Positions 25,846 to 39,069 of a stretch of 64,000 nucleotides of DNA are shown piece after piece. Position 1 is the stretch's first letter. Each line of letters opens with the position of its first letter. The notes beneath the pieces were generated by a model, which made no database searches, was not told the origin of the DNA, and saw nothing but the letters and a program-made list of their open reading frames with translations. Origin of the DNA: Hypanus sabinus (lineage: Eukaryota); NCBI RefSeq assembly GCF_030144855.1, contig NC_082709.1:150226001-150290000 (forward strand). The letters are read 5' to 3'. The position numbers and the translations under genes were made by a program.

Positions 25846-27162
25846 CATGTTGGCAGAATCGGTCACTCCGATCAAAAAGCCCATTGTGTTGAATAGTTCA
25901 TTTCACAGCTTAGAGCAGTGGTGTGCTAGCTCAACTCATTGTCGCACAGAAATGAATCAGGATAAGAGCAGGATTGGAGTGATGGTGATAGTCAACAATT
26001 AAGACAAGGGAGATGATGGAGGAAATGTAATCACTCTCTGATTGGATACTGCTGACCAGAGAACTTCCCCATAGGAAAGAATCAACTTCATCCCTAATAA
26101 TAATTAGTGAGCTATTTATTTCTATTAACACATCAAATATGAAGAGGCTGAATACTGTAGTCAAGCTGGCACTGGAGTAAATATAGTATATGCCATGGTA
26201 CATTTGATGTTCAAAAGATAAGCAAATAAGCAATCATTTATTTTAGGCTTGTGTAGACGGAAATAGGAGTGAGCAGACGGATGGTGAGTTAACTTCAGGA
26301 TTGAAACAATCGAGTTAATAACTGTCACAAGTGATCCAATTATCCTTCTACTTCTTTAAAGGACATGTTTTCTAGTTACCATTGTTCAGCTGCTTTGCTG
26401 GATAATCATAAGCCTGGGAAATACATGGCAAAGGCTGCTGACAAGATAGGTAGAAGAATGGGCCTCTAATAAGCTTCTGCAGTTCTTGCAATCTCAATGT
26501 GGAGTGCACCTTCAGTGCATCCATGTTTTTAGGAGGCAGCATTAGTTCCTATTCTCTTTTCGATTCCAATCAATATTTTGTGCATGAGGCAAGTCTGACA
26601 TCAAAGAATGACTGATGTCGTACACAAGCTGTGCCCGTAAAGCTTTTGATATTTGAGTGGAGCTCTGTTAACTTGATGGATCCAAAACCCCAAACGATCC
26701 AAAGGAATAGGAGAAGTACGTGCTAGACCACACAGAATGCCAGTGTATGTGTAGCTTTCATTGTTGGCATTAATGGAGAGAAGTGCTTACTGCGATAGAA
26801 CTGCATGTTAATAGAGAGCTCCAAGTGTTGACTTTTTCTGAAATCAAGACAATAAAAGCTTAAATATTATAAACCAAATTTTATTTGCTAAGGAAAGAAC
26901 TTCAGCGGTGAGATAAAAACAGTAAATGTTAGAAGTACTCAGTGTGACACACAGCAGCTATGGAGGCCAAAACAGCTAATAACTCAGTCTAATAATTTTT
27001 TTTATGGTGATAACTCATGAGAGATCACTAACCAAAAATACTGACTTTATTTCTCCAGCGTTTTCTGATTCTATTGTTCTAGATTTATCTGCTCGAGTAT
27101 GTTGTTGGAGCAGTAAGATTGTTTTCACAGGCTTTGTTCTGGAAGAAGTCCTGAATGGCTAA

Positions 27163-27600
27163 TCAGAATCAGGTTTATTATCACTGGCACCAGTTGTAAA
27201 ATTTGCTAACTTAGTAGCAGCGGTTCAATGTTAATATGGAAAGGAAAAAAGACAAATAAATAACTAAATAAATTGCAGTAATTATGTAGTTGCATATTGA
27301 ATAGATTAAAAATAGTGCAAAAATCAGAAATAGTAGATATTTAAAAAAAAGTGAGGTAGTGTTCAGGGATTCGATGTTAATTTAGGAATCGGATGGCAGA
27401 GGGGAAGAAGCTGTTCCTGAATCACTGATTGTGTGCCTTCAGGCTTCTGTACCTCCTCCCTGATGGTTACATTGAGAAGAGGCCATGTCCTGGGTGGTGG
27501 GGTCTTTAATGATGGATGTCAGCTGTCTGAGGCACCACTCATTGAAGATGTCTTGGATACTACTTAGCCTAGTACCCAAGATGGAGATGACTAATTTTAC
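27163..27600 (-). mobile_element. Rex1/Babar-type LINE 3' end
   Basis: Reverse of the tail at 31210 (aatcagaatcaggtttattatcac). Contains the IIKDPTT...RRYRSL-like region. Confidence 0.8.
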
Positions 27601-28849
27601 AATTTGCCTCTGCCAATATAATAGAAATGCAGACAATGGAGATTTCATAGATGAACCAGGTTGTCTATTACCTGAGAGTCTTAAAAGTTCGCTCAAGGCT
27701 AATCTAATTCTACTGATAGTGCAGCAAGTACCGAGATCAGATGTATGAAGGGAGTAAACAATCAGACTTTGCCAACACTTAGACCAATGGCATAGGAGCA
27801 GAATAAGGCCATTTGGCCCATCTTTCAGTTCTGCCATTCCATTATGACTGATTCATTATCCCTCTCAACCCCATTCTTCTACCTTCTGCCATTACCTTTG
27901 ACAGCAACACTAATCAAGAACTTTTCCCAATCACTGAGCCTCCACAGCTCACTATGGCAATGAAATCCACTTTGTCTGAAAGTGCCTCACAACTGATTGC
28001 ATTTGATGTCCAGTCATGAATGTTTCCCTGCAACAGAATGTGGACCTAACTAGTTAGTTAAGTGGGCAGGCGATCTTTAAGAGACAGCGTCTCCAAGTTT
28101 GTAGCAACCCTGCAGTTTTTATCACTGGAGTGCCAGCCAACAGTCTGGTTTCAAATCCTTCAAACTGGACTCCATTCTGTGGCTTGGCTGCTCAATGACA
28201 AGGATGGCTCAATGTTTCTTATTTGTTGTTTTCCTGATGCACCTTTCTGACCATACCTTCCGGTGTTCTATGTCGCAGTAAAGCAGGCATCGTAGAAGTG
28301 ATGCTTAAGATAAAGACAATCAATCAACCCGTTTTCAGAAATCTGTGCAATAAGCAATCACTTCTAATTACTTCAGATTCTGTTGCAGTGTATCACAGTC
28401 AAGATCTTTATGTCAGAACTTGGCTTCATGGTACATACTGTTCTACCTGTTTTTGTTCTACTCAGTGAAAAACAGCAAATAAAGTGTGTCTGTATTTTTT
28501 AATATTATTAATTCAGAATATATTAGAAATTAATGCAAGATCATATAAATTTATTTTACAGTTAGCCACACTGTTAATACAAATTGTAATTGAAATCAAA
28601 CTCAGTTTAATTATATTCTGAACAATGATGGAAATTTAATTATCTATACAACTTAAATTAATTATAATGAAGTATATCATGTGATAACTGAAGAAATAAT
28701 GCTAATGATAAAATGAACTCATTTTGTTTTTTAGTTTGTGATATAGCTTGTAATTTTTATGGTTCAGGATTGGTATTTCCATGTTTCAAATCAATTCTTT
28801 TTATTTAAGTCATATGCCAGAAATAACAACTGAAATAAATTCAGAAAAG

Positions 28850-30470
28850 GGACTTAGATTAGAATAGAAGTGGCAGATGAATACAGTGAAGGGAAGAAGA
28901 CAAACACTTTTGTATTCTACACTTTTGGTAGAAGGAACAAAGGCAGAGACTATTTTCAAAATGGAGAGTGAATTCACAAATAGAGATGGAAAGGCACCTG
29001 GGAGTCCTTAGGATTCCCTGAAGGTTAACTTGTAGGTTGAGACAGAAGGCAAATGTAATATTAGAATTCCTTTCATGAAGGCTTGAATATAAAAACAAGG
29101 ATGCAATGCTGTGGCTTTATAAGGCATTGGTCAGCCTATACTTGGGGTATTGTGAGCAGTTTTGTGTCCCGTTCTTCAAAAGGGATGTGCTGGCATTGGA
29201 GAGGGTCCGGAGTTCTGATTGAAGTGATGCCAGGAATGAAAGGGTTAACATATGAGGAGTGATTGATGGGCCTGTACTCACTGGGATTTAGAAGAATATT
29301 GAAAGGCTTAGTGTGGTCATGAAGAGGATGTTTCCATTAGTGGAAAAGTTGACGCCTGGAAGGCAGAACCTCAGGATAGAAGGATGTCACTTTTGAATAG
29401 CAATGAGGAGGAACTTCTTTCGCCAGAGGGTGGTGAATCTGTGGAATTCATTGCCACAGATGGTTGTGGAGGCCAAGTCATTGGGTGTATTTAAAGCAGA
29501 GGTTGATAGATTTTTGTTTAATAAGAATGTCAAAAGTTATGGGGAGAAGTCAGGAGAATAAGTTTCAGAGTAATGTTCCCTCTATGGTGTGCGTGTGTGT
29601 GTGCACACATTTTTTGCTACAAGCGCACAAAGGAATTTAAACTGTACACAAAAGTTTGTCACCCTTTACCTCATTGGCATGTTAAGTATAATTCACGATC
29701 GTAGATCGTATTACGATTATTTCCTTTTTCAGTTGCTGATGTGGATGATGTTGACAACGTGGAGTTTGCGATGATTTATCTGCAAATTTGTCTGATGATT
29801 TTAGAACTGGCATACCTATACCATTTTTATTGAAGAAATTGTTGATTCACTGTGTCGAATTCTAAAGAAGCAAAGGGCATGAAGCGCAAAAGAACTGCTA
29901 GTTCACTTAAAGCAGAATAGCTTAATGAAACAGTAGAAACTGCTGCACCAAAAGCTCATGAGGTCAGGAACGTGCAGCTATGAGAAATACTTATGTACAA
30001 TACAGAAACTGATGTTACCTGTGTGTATTGTCGTGATGCAGAAATTGCTGGAGGATTTGCAGGTGGGAAGAAGTGGAGAGACATCTGGAAACTTGATAGT
30101 TTGAAGTGTCATTTAGCAAGAAGTCACATATAGATGATGTGCAAAAGCTCCAACAAGAAAATCTTTCATTACACACTACTTTATGTTTTGTCAGAGCGCA
30201 AAAAGAATGATACCCAGCGGAGATCAAAGTTTTCATTGACAGTGTTTTGCTAGCTATTAAAATTATTACCTCCATAGATAAAATTCAGTGCACACATATT
30301 GTTGTCACTGGGCAAAAAAATTGCAACAGCATGAGATTTTTGTGCACACTGGTCCTTACAAATTAGAGGGAACATTGGTTGAGAGTGAAAATAAATCAGC
30401 CATGATTGAATAGCAGAGCAGACTCAATGGATCAAATGGCCTAATTCTGCTCCTGTTGCTCTTACAGTTT
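28850..30470 (+). mobile_element. CR1 LINE 3' portion, split by a hAT insertion
   Basis: LYKALVSLYLGYCEQF motif. The CR1 3' UTR (gttgagag...aataaatcagccatg...cctaattctgctcct) continues after 30377. Confidence 0.85.
29571..30377 (+). mobile_element. hAT (Tip100/ZNF862-like) DNA transposon, non-autonomous deletion derivative
   Basis: TIRs taatgttccctcta / tagagggaacattg (13/14 match). Flanks tttcagag / gttgagag form a decayed 8-bp TSD (6/8). A broken transposase N-terminus carries the zinc finger CVYC...KKWRDIWKLDSLKCHLA.SH. Confidence 0.85.
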
Positions 30471-30594
30471 AAATGCTGGAAAAATTCAACAAACCAGACA
30501 ATATTTGTGGGGAAAGAAATAAATAATATTTCAGGTCCTTCATCAGAACTTCAAATCAAATCTAATTATCATTCAAAACATACAAAGATACAGC

Positions 30595-31230
30595 TGAGTC
30601 AAGATCTCTGAGGATCTAACCTGGTCCCAACATATTGATGTAATTATAAAGAAGGCAAGACTGCGGCTATAGGAGTTTGAAGAGATTTGGCATGTCAACA
30701 AAAACACTCAAAAACTTCTGTAGTTGCACCGTGGAGAGCATTCTGCCAGGCTGCATCACTGTCTGGTATGGAGGGGCTACTGCACAGGACCGAAAGAAGA
30801 TGCAGAAGGTTGTAAATCTAGTCAGTTACATCTAGGGCACTAGCCTACAGAGTACCCAGGACATCTTCAAGGAGCGGTGTCTCAGAAAGGCAGCGTCCAT
30901 TATTAAGGACCTCCAGCACCCAGGGCATGCCCTTTCCTCACAGTTACCATCAGGTAGGAGGTACAGAAACCTGAAGACATACACTCAGCAATTCAGAAAG
31001 CGCTTCTTCCCTTCTGCCATCCGATTCCTGAATGGACATTGAATCCTTGGACACTATCTCACTTTTTTTAATATACAGTATTTCTGTTATTGCACATTTT
31101 TAAAAATCTGTAATTGATTTACTTGTTTATTTTTTTTTCTCTTCTAGATTATGCATTGCATTGAACTGCTGCTGCTAGGTTAATAGATTTCACATCACAT
31201 GCCGGTGATAATAAACCTGATTCTGATTCT
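30595..31230 (+). mobile_element. Rex1/Babar-type LINE 3' end
   Basis: ISEDLTWSQHID..IKKAR and TVESILPGCITVWYG motifs; tail gataataaacctgattctgattct. Confidence 0.88.
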
Positions 31231-33054
31231 AAACGAGACGGCGTTCCTCTGGGGCCAAGGTGTGAAACATTCAAAATAGCAAGAAACGTAATTCAAAATA
31301 TTGAGCAAAGAAGCATATTCACTCAAAAAAAACCATATATAGATCAGGAGCCTGAGGGACGTTGTCCAGCAATCAATGGTACAGTCTCCCAGCAGTATAT
31401 AGACACATGCAATCCAGCCTGTAATTCCACCACTTGAACATGGGAGGGCAGCACTGATGGGCAAGGCCAAGCCCCAGCCAAGTTCAACCATGCTGTCGCA
31501 CTTCCATACGAGCCTGAAGCCTGAGTCCTAGTTCCTGCTACAACTGAGGTTACACAACTCCCACGTCAACTGTTCCACCACCAGACAAGGGTCACAGGCC
31601 TACAGCAACTTACAACTTACAACTTACTCTGTCCAACAGAGTCTTGAGACTGCAAGCGAAATGCCCAAGACAATCTCCCACGTTTATACTGCACCAATTC
31701 CGAGTAACAGGCAGCAAAAAGTTCTGCAGTCAGGCCACCTCCTCTAATATCTCAATGGGCTCCTCTATCCCGACCAGTTCTTCCAACATTCCATGGCTCC
31801 TCCATACTCAAACCAGCTCCTCCGATATCCTAACCAGCTCCTTCAACACTTCAGCCGACCCCTTCGACATCTCGGCTGCCCCTTTGACAGCTTGGCCAGC
31901 TACTCTGATTAACGAGACAGAGTAGCCCTGCGGTACCCAATGTTCTTGGAGTAGAATTGTGTTTGGATTGTAAAATCAGATTTTACAAAGATAAAAGCAC
32001 TTCAAGTTGGCCCCCAAGATGCATGTGCTGGCATCTTATCGGAAGTGATACCAGAACTTCAAATGTTGACTAATTCTCTTTCCACAGTTGATGTCCAACC
32101 CGCTGAGTTTTTTTTTCCCATCATTTGCTGCTTTTATTTAAAGCACAATATTTATCTCAAATAATTACCATAAAAATAATTCAAAATATTCTGAAATATG
32201 GCATCATTATTTATGAAAAAAAGCTTGGGAGTTCCTGATGTCCTAATCTCATTTGCAGTTTATTCATTTTGTCTGAACGTGGAGATTGTGGGCAAGGCCT
32301 GCTGGTGAAGATGATGAAGGTCCTGCAATAATGAGAGTCGTTGAAGCCATATTCATATAAGACAGTACATGATTGCACCATCACTACAGAATATCCAGAC
32401 TCTGACTGTTTCATGTTCCCATGTGGCTGGTCCAGTTGTGCTTCCAGTTAATGGCGTCTGCCAGGATGCTCCACGATGGTAATACTGTCAAACGTCAAGG
32501 TGGGTAGACTCAGTGCTTTTGGAGACAGTGACTGCTTGGCGCTCTTGAGGCACAAATGATATTAGTCCGTGTTAAGCGAAAATCAAAAAAAGCAAGTAGT
32601 TATTGAAAATCGGAAATAAAACAGAGACTGTTGGAAACACACTCAGTATGTCAATCAGCATCTGTGCGAAGAGGAAAAGAGTTGATGATTCAGAGAAAAG
32701 ACTCTTCATCGGAACAGGGAAAGGTAGAAAACATGTTGGTAGTGAAATGCGGAGAGGGTTGAGAAAGAATAAATGGATCAAGGGGAGATTGTCTGCCAGG
32801 CTGAGGCCATGGTTGCTTCAGCAGTTACCATTTTTATTTGAGATGTTCAGCATCCACACTTTTCAATTTCCATGAACAGAAGAGGAAATTTGTGTAAAAT
32901 TATCTGATGTCTGTGTTTACAAAGCAATACAGATTTCACTGTAAATGTCATTTAATGGATGTAAATATCCTGGTGACATACAAAGGTAGATAATATAATT
33001 TCAATACTAACTTTCTTCATTGCGCCTGAAACCAGCATTAACTTGAGATCTCAA

Positions 33055-34545
33055 GCACAAGAAATTCTGCAGATGCCGGAGATCCAAAGCAACTCACCAG
33101 GTCAGGCAGCATCTATGGAAATGAATAAACAGTCAACTTTCAGGTCAGGGCCCTTCTTCAGGTGAGAAGCCAAAAGGGGAAGATGCCAAAAGGGTGGGGT
33201 TAGGGGAAGGAGGCTAACGGGAAGGTGATCGGTGGAAAAGGTCAACGGCTGCAGAAGAAAGAATCTGATAGGAGGAGAGAATGGACAATAGAGGAAAAGG
33301 AAGGGGGAGGGGACCCAGGGGAAGTAATAGGCAGGTAAGATGAAGTGAAAGGAAGAGTGGGGAATAGAGGTGTGAGAGGGATTTTGTTTACCAGAAGGAG
33401 AAATTGCTATTCATGCCATCAGGTTGGAGGATACCCAGATGAAATATAAGGTGTTAGTTCTCCACCCTGAGAGTGGCCTCATCTTGGCACAACAGGAGGC
33501 CATGGATCAACATTTGGAATCAGAATTAAAATGCTTGGCCATTGGGAATTCCCACTTGTGGTGAATAGTGCGGACATGCTCAAAGAAGCAGTTTCCCAGT
33601 TAACGACGAGTCTCACCACTGCAGAGGAGGCTGCATCAGGAGCACCAGACCCAACAGATGAGCCCAGGAGATTCACAGGGCTGCTTTGGGCAGGTGCAGC
33701 ACTTAAGCCACTTGCAGGGGTAAGTGCCAGGAGGGAAATTAGTGGGGAGGGAAGAATGGACAAGGGTGTGTTACATGTGGAGGCTGATGAGGTGGTATGT
33801 TAGGATAAGAGGGTCTCAATCACTATTAGGTGTGGCATGAAGATGGGGTGAGTATGGATGTACAGGAAATGGAGAAGATGTGGGTGAGAGCAATAATAAT
33901 AGTGGAGGGAGGGAAACTCTGTCCTTTAAAGAAGGAGGACATTTCTGACATCCTGGGACAGAAAACCACATCCTGGGTACAGATGCAGTGGAGGTGAAGA
34001 AGCTGAGAAAAGGGAGTAGCATTTTTATAGAATATAAGATGAGAAGAGGTATAGTCGAGATAACGGTGGAAATTGGTAGAGATGGAGACAGAGAAATCAA
34101 GAAAGGGGAGAGACGTGTCAGAGGTGGATCAACTGAATTTAAGGATGGAAATTAGAGGCAAAGTTGATAAAAATAATGAGCTCTGCATGGGTGCATGAAG
34201 CAGCACCAATGCAGTCGTCAATGTAGCGGAGGAAGGGTTGGGATCGTGGGAATCGGTAGGTTTAGGAAAAATGTTGGTGAACAATTGTCTCCAGAGATCT
34301 ATTCCCAAAAACCACCCACCCATTTTTCTCACTCATCTGTCTCATTTATCATCAGCCAGCTTGTATTCCTCCATCACCACCCCCATCTTCTCTATTCTTA
34401 CTACTTTCCCTTCCATTCCAGACCTGATGACAATAAACACTGACTGCCTATTCACTTCTTTGGATGTTGCCTAACTTGCTAAGTGCTCCAGCGTTTTGTA
34501 TGTATTGCTCAAGATTTCCAGCATCTGCACAATCTCTTGCATTTA
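33055..34545 (-). mobile_element. Penelope-like retroelement (RT C-terminus plus GIY-YIG remnants) bounded by inverted pseudo-LTRs
   Basis: The minus strand reads LPFLDFSVS...YLDYTSSH...KNATPFSQ...SEMSSFFK and CSLLCSGETRR*LGNCFFEHVR (decayed YIGETxRxLxxRxxEH). The ends are inverted: ctgcagatgccggagatc / gatttccagcatctgca. Confidence 0.85.
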
Positions 34546-35339
34546 TCAGTTAACATGATACTAACTGTACTGTGCTTTGATGCCATCTCTTCTGATTTGC
34601 TAAATACACTGTGGCTGCTTGTTTGAGGTGCTTTGTGTTTCTTTAAATATATTTGCAAGTAAGATAGGCGATGTTTTTTCCCCAATCATCTTCAGGATCT
34701 GGGCATCATTGGCAAGGCCAGCATTAATTGTCCATCCCTATGCACCTTTCAGAAGGTGATGATGAACTGCAGATTGGTGTTGGGCAGGGAGCTGCAGGAT
34801 TTAAATCCGACAACGATGAAGGAAACGCAGAATGTTTTGAGTGAAGAAGGTGTGCAGTTCAGATGAGAGTCTTCGGGCGACGATGTTCCCATGTGTACTT
34901 GTCCTTATTGGGAGTAGAGGTAACGAATTTGGGAGATAATGCCATGTAGCCCAAACTTTTGGGGCTATATATGTCCCAAGTTAGATAATTCAAGAATGGC
35001 AATGGAAGTTAAAATGGTCCAATTCAATAAAAGTAATTGTCTTGAAACCCACTTGAAGAACCTTGCATTATACTGTATATGTGTCAGATGTTGGCCAAGG
35101 AGCCTGCTTCCATACTTCATGACTCCATTCCGCTGAGACATGATCCTATGCTTTATTGGGTTGGGCTTAGCTTGAAAGGAGTCTATGCTAGTTTAGTAGC
35201 AATTGTTGGCAGCTGGTAAAATTATATAATGGATGCTGAATTCAAGCTACGTTCTTTTTGAGCCAAAGCTTATCGTTTCTTTGACTGCATTTTAGTTAAG
35301 GAAGCACAAAGACAAAGGAAGAGTAAGTCTGCAATGGTT

Positions 35340-36021
35340 CCCATCACTATTGATGGTGAGGATGTGGCTGTGATGAGGACCTACACCTGGGGGTGTATCT
35401 GGGTCACAGACTTGAATGGAGCACCAACACAGAGGCTGTGTACAGGGAGGGCCAGAGTCGCCTCTATTTCCCGAGAAGACTGAGGTCCTTCGGAGTATGC
35501 AGATCTCTCTTTCACATGTTCTACCAGTCTGTTGTCACCAGTACAATCTTCTATGTGGTAGTGTGCTGGCGCAGTCGCATCAATACAGGTGATGTCAACA
35601 GCTTCAATAAATTGATTAGAAAGGCTGGCTCTGTTATAGGAGTCAAAATGGACACTCTTGATGCTGTGGCAGAACAAAGGACACCACAGAAAATCCTGGC
35701 AATTCTGGACAATATTTCTCACTCTCTGCTTGCCACCTTGGCTGTTCGGAGGAGCACTTTCAGTAATAGACCCAGACAACTACACTGCTCCAAAGAGCGA
35801 TGTATGAGGTCATTCTTACCCTCGGCCATCGGGTTCTATAATGAGTCAACCTATAGCTGGGGAAGTGATGACCCCTCCTGTTAGACTGTTTGTGCTAACA
35901 TTTTTTATTCTTTCTTACTTCTCTTCTAATAGTTGTATAATTGTTAAACTGTGCACTTTTAATGCTACGGTGACATTATAATCTCCTTTGGGATCAATAA
36001 AGTATCTACCATTCTATCTAT
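35340..36021 (+). mobile_element. Rex1/Babar LINE 3' end (second subfamily)
   Basis: ORF 35393-35884 reads LEWSTNTEAVYREGQSRLYFPRRLRSFGV...FYQSVV...RSFLPSAI. The tail is gatcaataaagta followed by tcta repeats. Confidence 0.9.
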
Positions 36022-37781
36022 CTTCTACCTTCCCTCATTTCTTGTGTAATTCAGGGTGACAATTAAATAAAATGGAAAACTAACTGCTCTTGTTAAAGTT
36101 CCAATAGTTAATCTACCTGTAACAGATCTGTTAGGTTTAATACCCAGTCAAATTGTCAGCTTTTGGACTGAAGATATTATGGTTAAAACTCTTGCTCTGA
36201 ATAATTTATATGGTCAGATGTGCTGTTGAAATTGTGGATGGAATTGGCCTTGAGGGGAAATGAATCTGTATTGTGTGAGAGGTGATAAGGTTACCTGTCT
36301 ACATCTTAAATTCATTTTCATTTGGCCTCCAACTCGGCCCATTCACTTGTACATTAAATTTAAAAGTAGTGCATGTTATTTAATATTCATTATTTAGTGA
36401 AAAGTTAATGGTGTGATACAATAAGTAGATTATTTTTGTTTCATTTTTGTCCAGATATTTTATGCCTTCAGGAAATATATTTGAGACATCCTTATTGCTA
36501 TTATCTAATTGTAACATAATCTTTTTTTGAAACTCTAAAGTTCTAAATTGAGATTCATATAAACTTTAGTAATTTTGCCAAAATATTTATACTTAAGTTA
36601 TCATTTCTCTTTATTTACTTTGGGGATCTGTGATGTATTTTGATAATTTCATATAAACATGGATTGAATATATTATCCAGATTATAACATATCCCAGTAA
36701 TAACTGATATTTCAATTGAATGCAGAGAGATATATTTTTATGCACAGGAGCCAAGTTATCTCAATGTACTCCAGACAAGCATCAAATCCGGGCAATTTTT
36801 TAAGTCACTGAAGGAAATCATCAAATCATTTGTTAACATGACAGAAGCTAGCAGTTGTTTATAGTATAATCCTTTTTTAATACTCAACACACACTAAAGT
36901 ATCATGGAAACATTTTTAATTCCTAAGAAACATAAAAATTGACTTTACATTTTTGACTTAGTTGGAATGAAATCCATTTTTTAAGTATATTAGAAATCCC
37001 TTTATGCACAGGCGTAAAAATGTAATTATCTTATACTCCACGTACTAAGCTACAAATTAAACAGCCTTTCTTTTTATTGATATATCATAGCCGCTGTTGT
37101 CATATATACGTGATCAAGAGTATTTTTAAAAAATTACCAAATGAAATTAAATGTGGACAACATTAAGGCAATAGTATCTCTATTTTCTTTTTATGTCTGA
37201 CCCAACCCACACCTATCAGAGTCCAGTCAGCTGTCTGGACACTGCAGACTTGATGAATGTTAATTGCTTCCTGAGCTCCCTGCATTCTCTTGGCGCCTGA
37301 TGAGCAGCCAGTAGCCTTATGTACCAGAGGACCAAAAAGAGCTTTTGTTTATGAAGAGAGGGTCCCACCAGATCCCAATCAAGGCAGAGGCCTTATCATT
37401 TTTTTGAAATCCATCTCTACCAAAATTCAGCACATATAGGAAAGACTTATTTGGATTTGGACTAAGCAGCCTGACTCAATCTCCAATACCTTAATAAGAT
37501 TATAGAGATGAGGAAGGTTGGAAGCAATTGAAGAACCGTAAAAATGAGGCATTACTAAAGTAGGCTAACAAGACTTAGACTGCATTGGAATAAATGAGTC
37601 TCGATGTTACAAAGAAATGGAAGAAAGATCTCGGCAGCAGATCAGCTGTGCCATGGGTTGAGGAGGAATGGTCTTACTGACAGTGCAGAGAATGTTGAGT
37701 CTTTATGAAGCTCTAATTAAAAACTTAGATAAAGCATATGTTACAAATGTGATTGGTAACATGAATGAAATAAATGATTTG

Positions 37782-38370
37782 GACCATAAGACATAGGAGC
37801 AGAATTAGGCCATCGGGCCCATTGAGTCTGCTCCACCATTCAATCATGGCTGATACGTTTTTCTCTGTCCTCCTCAATCCCAGTTCCTGGCCTTCTCCCT
37901 GTAACCTTTGATGCCATGACCAATCAAGAACTTATCAATCTCTGCCTTAAATACACCCAACGACCTGGCCTCCACAGCTGCATGTGGCAACAAATTCCAC
38001 AAATTCATTACCCTTTGGCTAAAGGAATTTCTCTGCATCTTTGTTTCGAAAGGGCACCCCTCTATCCTGATGCTGTGCCCTTTTGTCCTAGACTCTCCCA
38101 TCATGGGAAACATCCCTTCCACATCTACTCTGTCTAGGCCTTTCAACATTCAAAAGATTTCAATGAGATTTCCCCTCTGAATTTCAGCGAGTTCAAACCC
38201 GGAGCCATCAAACATTCCTTGTATGATAACCTTTTCATTTCTGGAATGATCCTTGTGAACTTCCTCTGGACACTCTCCAATGCCAGCACATCTTTTCTAA
38301 GATGAGGGGCCGAAAACTGTTCACAATACTCAAGGTGAGGCCTCACCAGTGCCTTATATAGCCTCAGCTT
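37782..38370 (-). mobile_element. CR1 LINE 3' end, 5'-truncated and relatively young
   Basis: LRLYKALVRPHLEYCEQF and LWNLLP motifs; reverse tail gaccataagacataggagcagaa. Confidence 0.92.
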
Positions 38371-38874
38371 CAATTGTCATGCCTATTTACAAATAATTTA
38401 CTGCATTTGTCATTTTCCTTAATCATAAGGATGTTGAGAATCCATGTGCCATTAAAGCAATTACATTTCACATTTAAATGGAAGTTTCAGCTCCTTTCAA
38501 ATATTGACATGTTTCTCTTAACGCTCTCTTACCTTTGTGCAATTGAGTTTCCACAAAGCTTTAACCTGCTTTCCATGGCAAACAATATTGAACTTTACCT
38601 TTTAGCCTAGGAATTGGATCACAGCACCCATCTGATACATGATACTTGTTGATAGGTGCTCTGGTGATCATTTTGAGGTAAAATCACACGGAAGGAAAGT
38701 TGGCCTTGGTACTTTTGTGAATTCTGTAGTGTTTCTGGCACTTTCCCAGCAGCAGTTGCACACCTAATCACATGACAACTTGTGCAGAGCAAGTTTTCTC
38801 CCGTCTCGTCAAAAACTGGAGCTCTAGGGTACATGCCTTAGTTTTGCTGAATACTTACAGTGCAGCTAGGAGAG

Positions 38875-39069
38875 TGGTGAACTACATCTACCTGTCTGGA
38901 CACGCCCCTCTGCTGACTGCTCCTGTGGCTCCTCCCACTGACCCCTGTATAAAAGCGGTTGGAGGTACTGCTCCTCCCTCAGTCTCCAGGATGTTGTGTG
39001 GTGGTCTCTTGCAGCTAATAAAAGCCTATCGTTCGCCTCCCGTCTCCGAGAGTTATTGATGGTGCATCA
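38875..39069 (+). mobile_element. Solo LTR (195 bp)
   Basis: TG...CA ends with an imperfect terminal inverted repeat (tggtgaa / tgcatca). TATAAAA at 38948 and AATAAA at 39017. Flanks gagag / gagtg form a 5-bp TSD with one mismatch. Confidence 0.75.

Noticed and set aside
25502-26002. 166-aa hydrophobic ORF suggesting a membrane protein
   Set aside because: It spans the antisense strand of the A-rich Dong element and a Rex 3' UTR, so it is a compositional artefact.
35393-35884. 163-aa ORF that could be annotated as a host gene (ALKBH8-N/DUF1891-like)
   Set aside because: It is the C-terminus of a Rex/Babar LINE ORF and is followed by a LINE tail.
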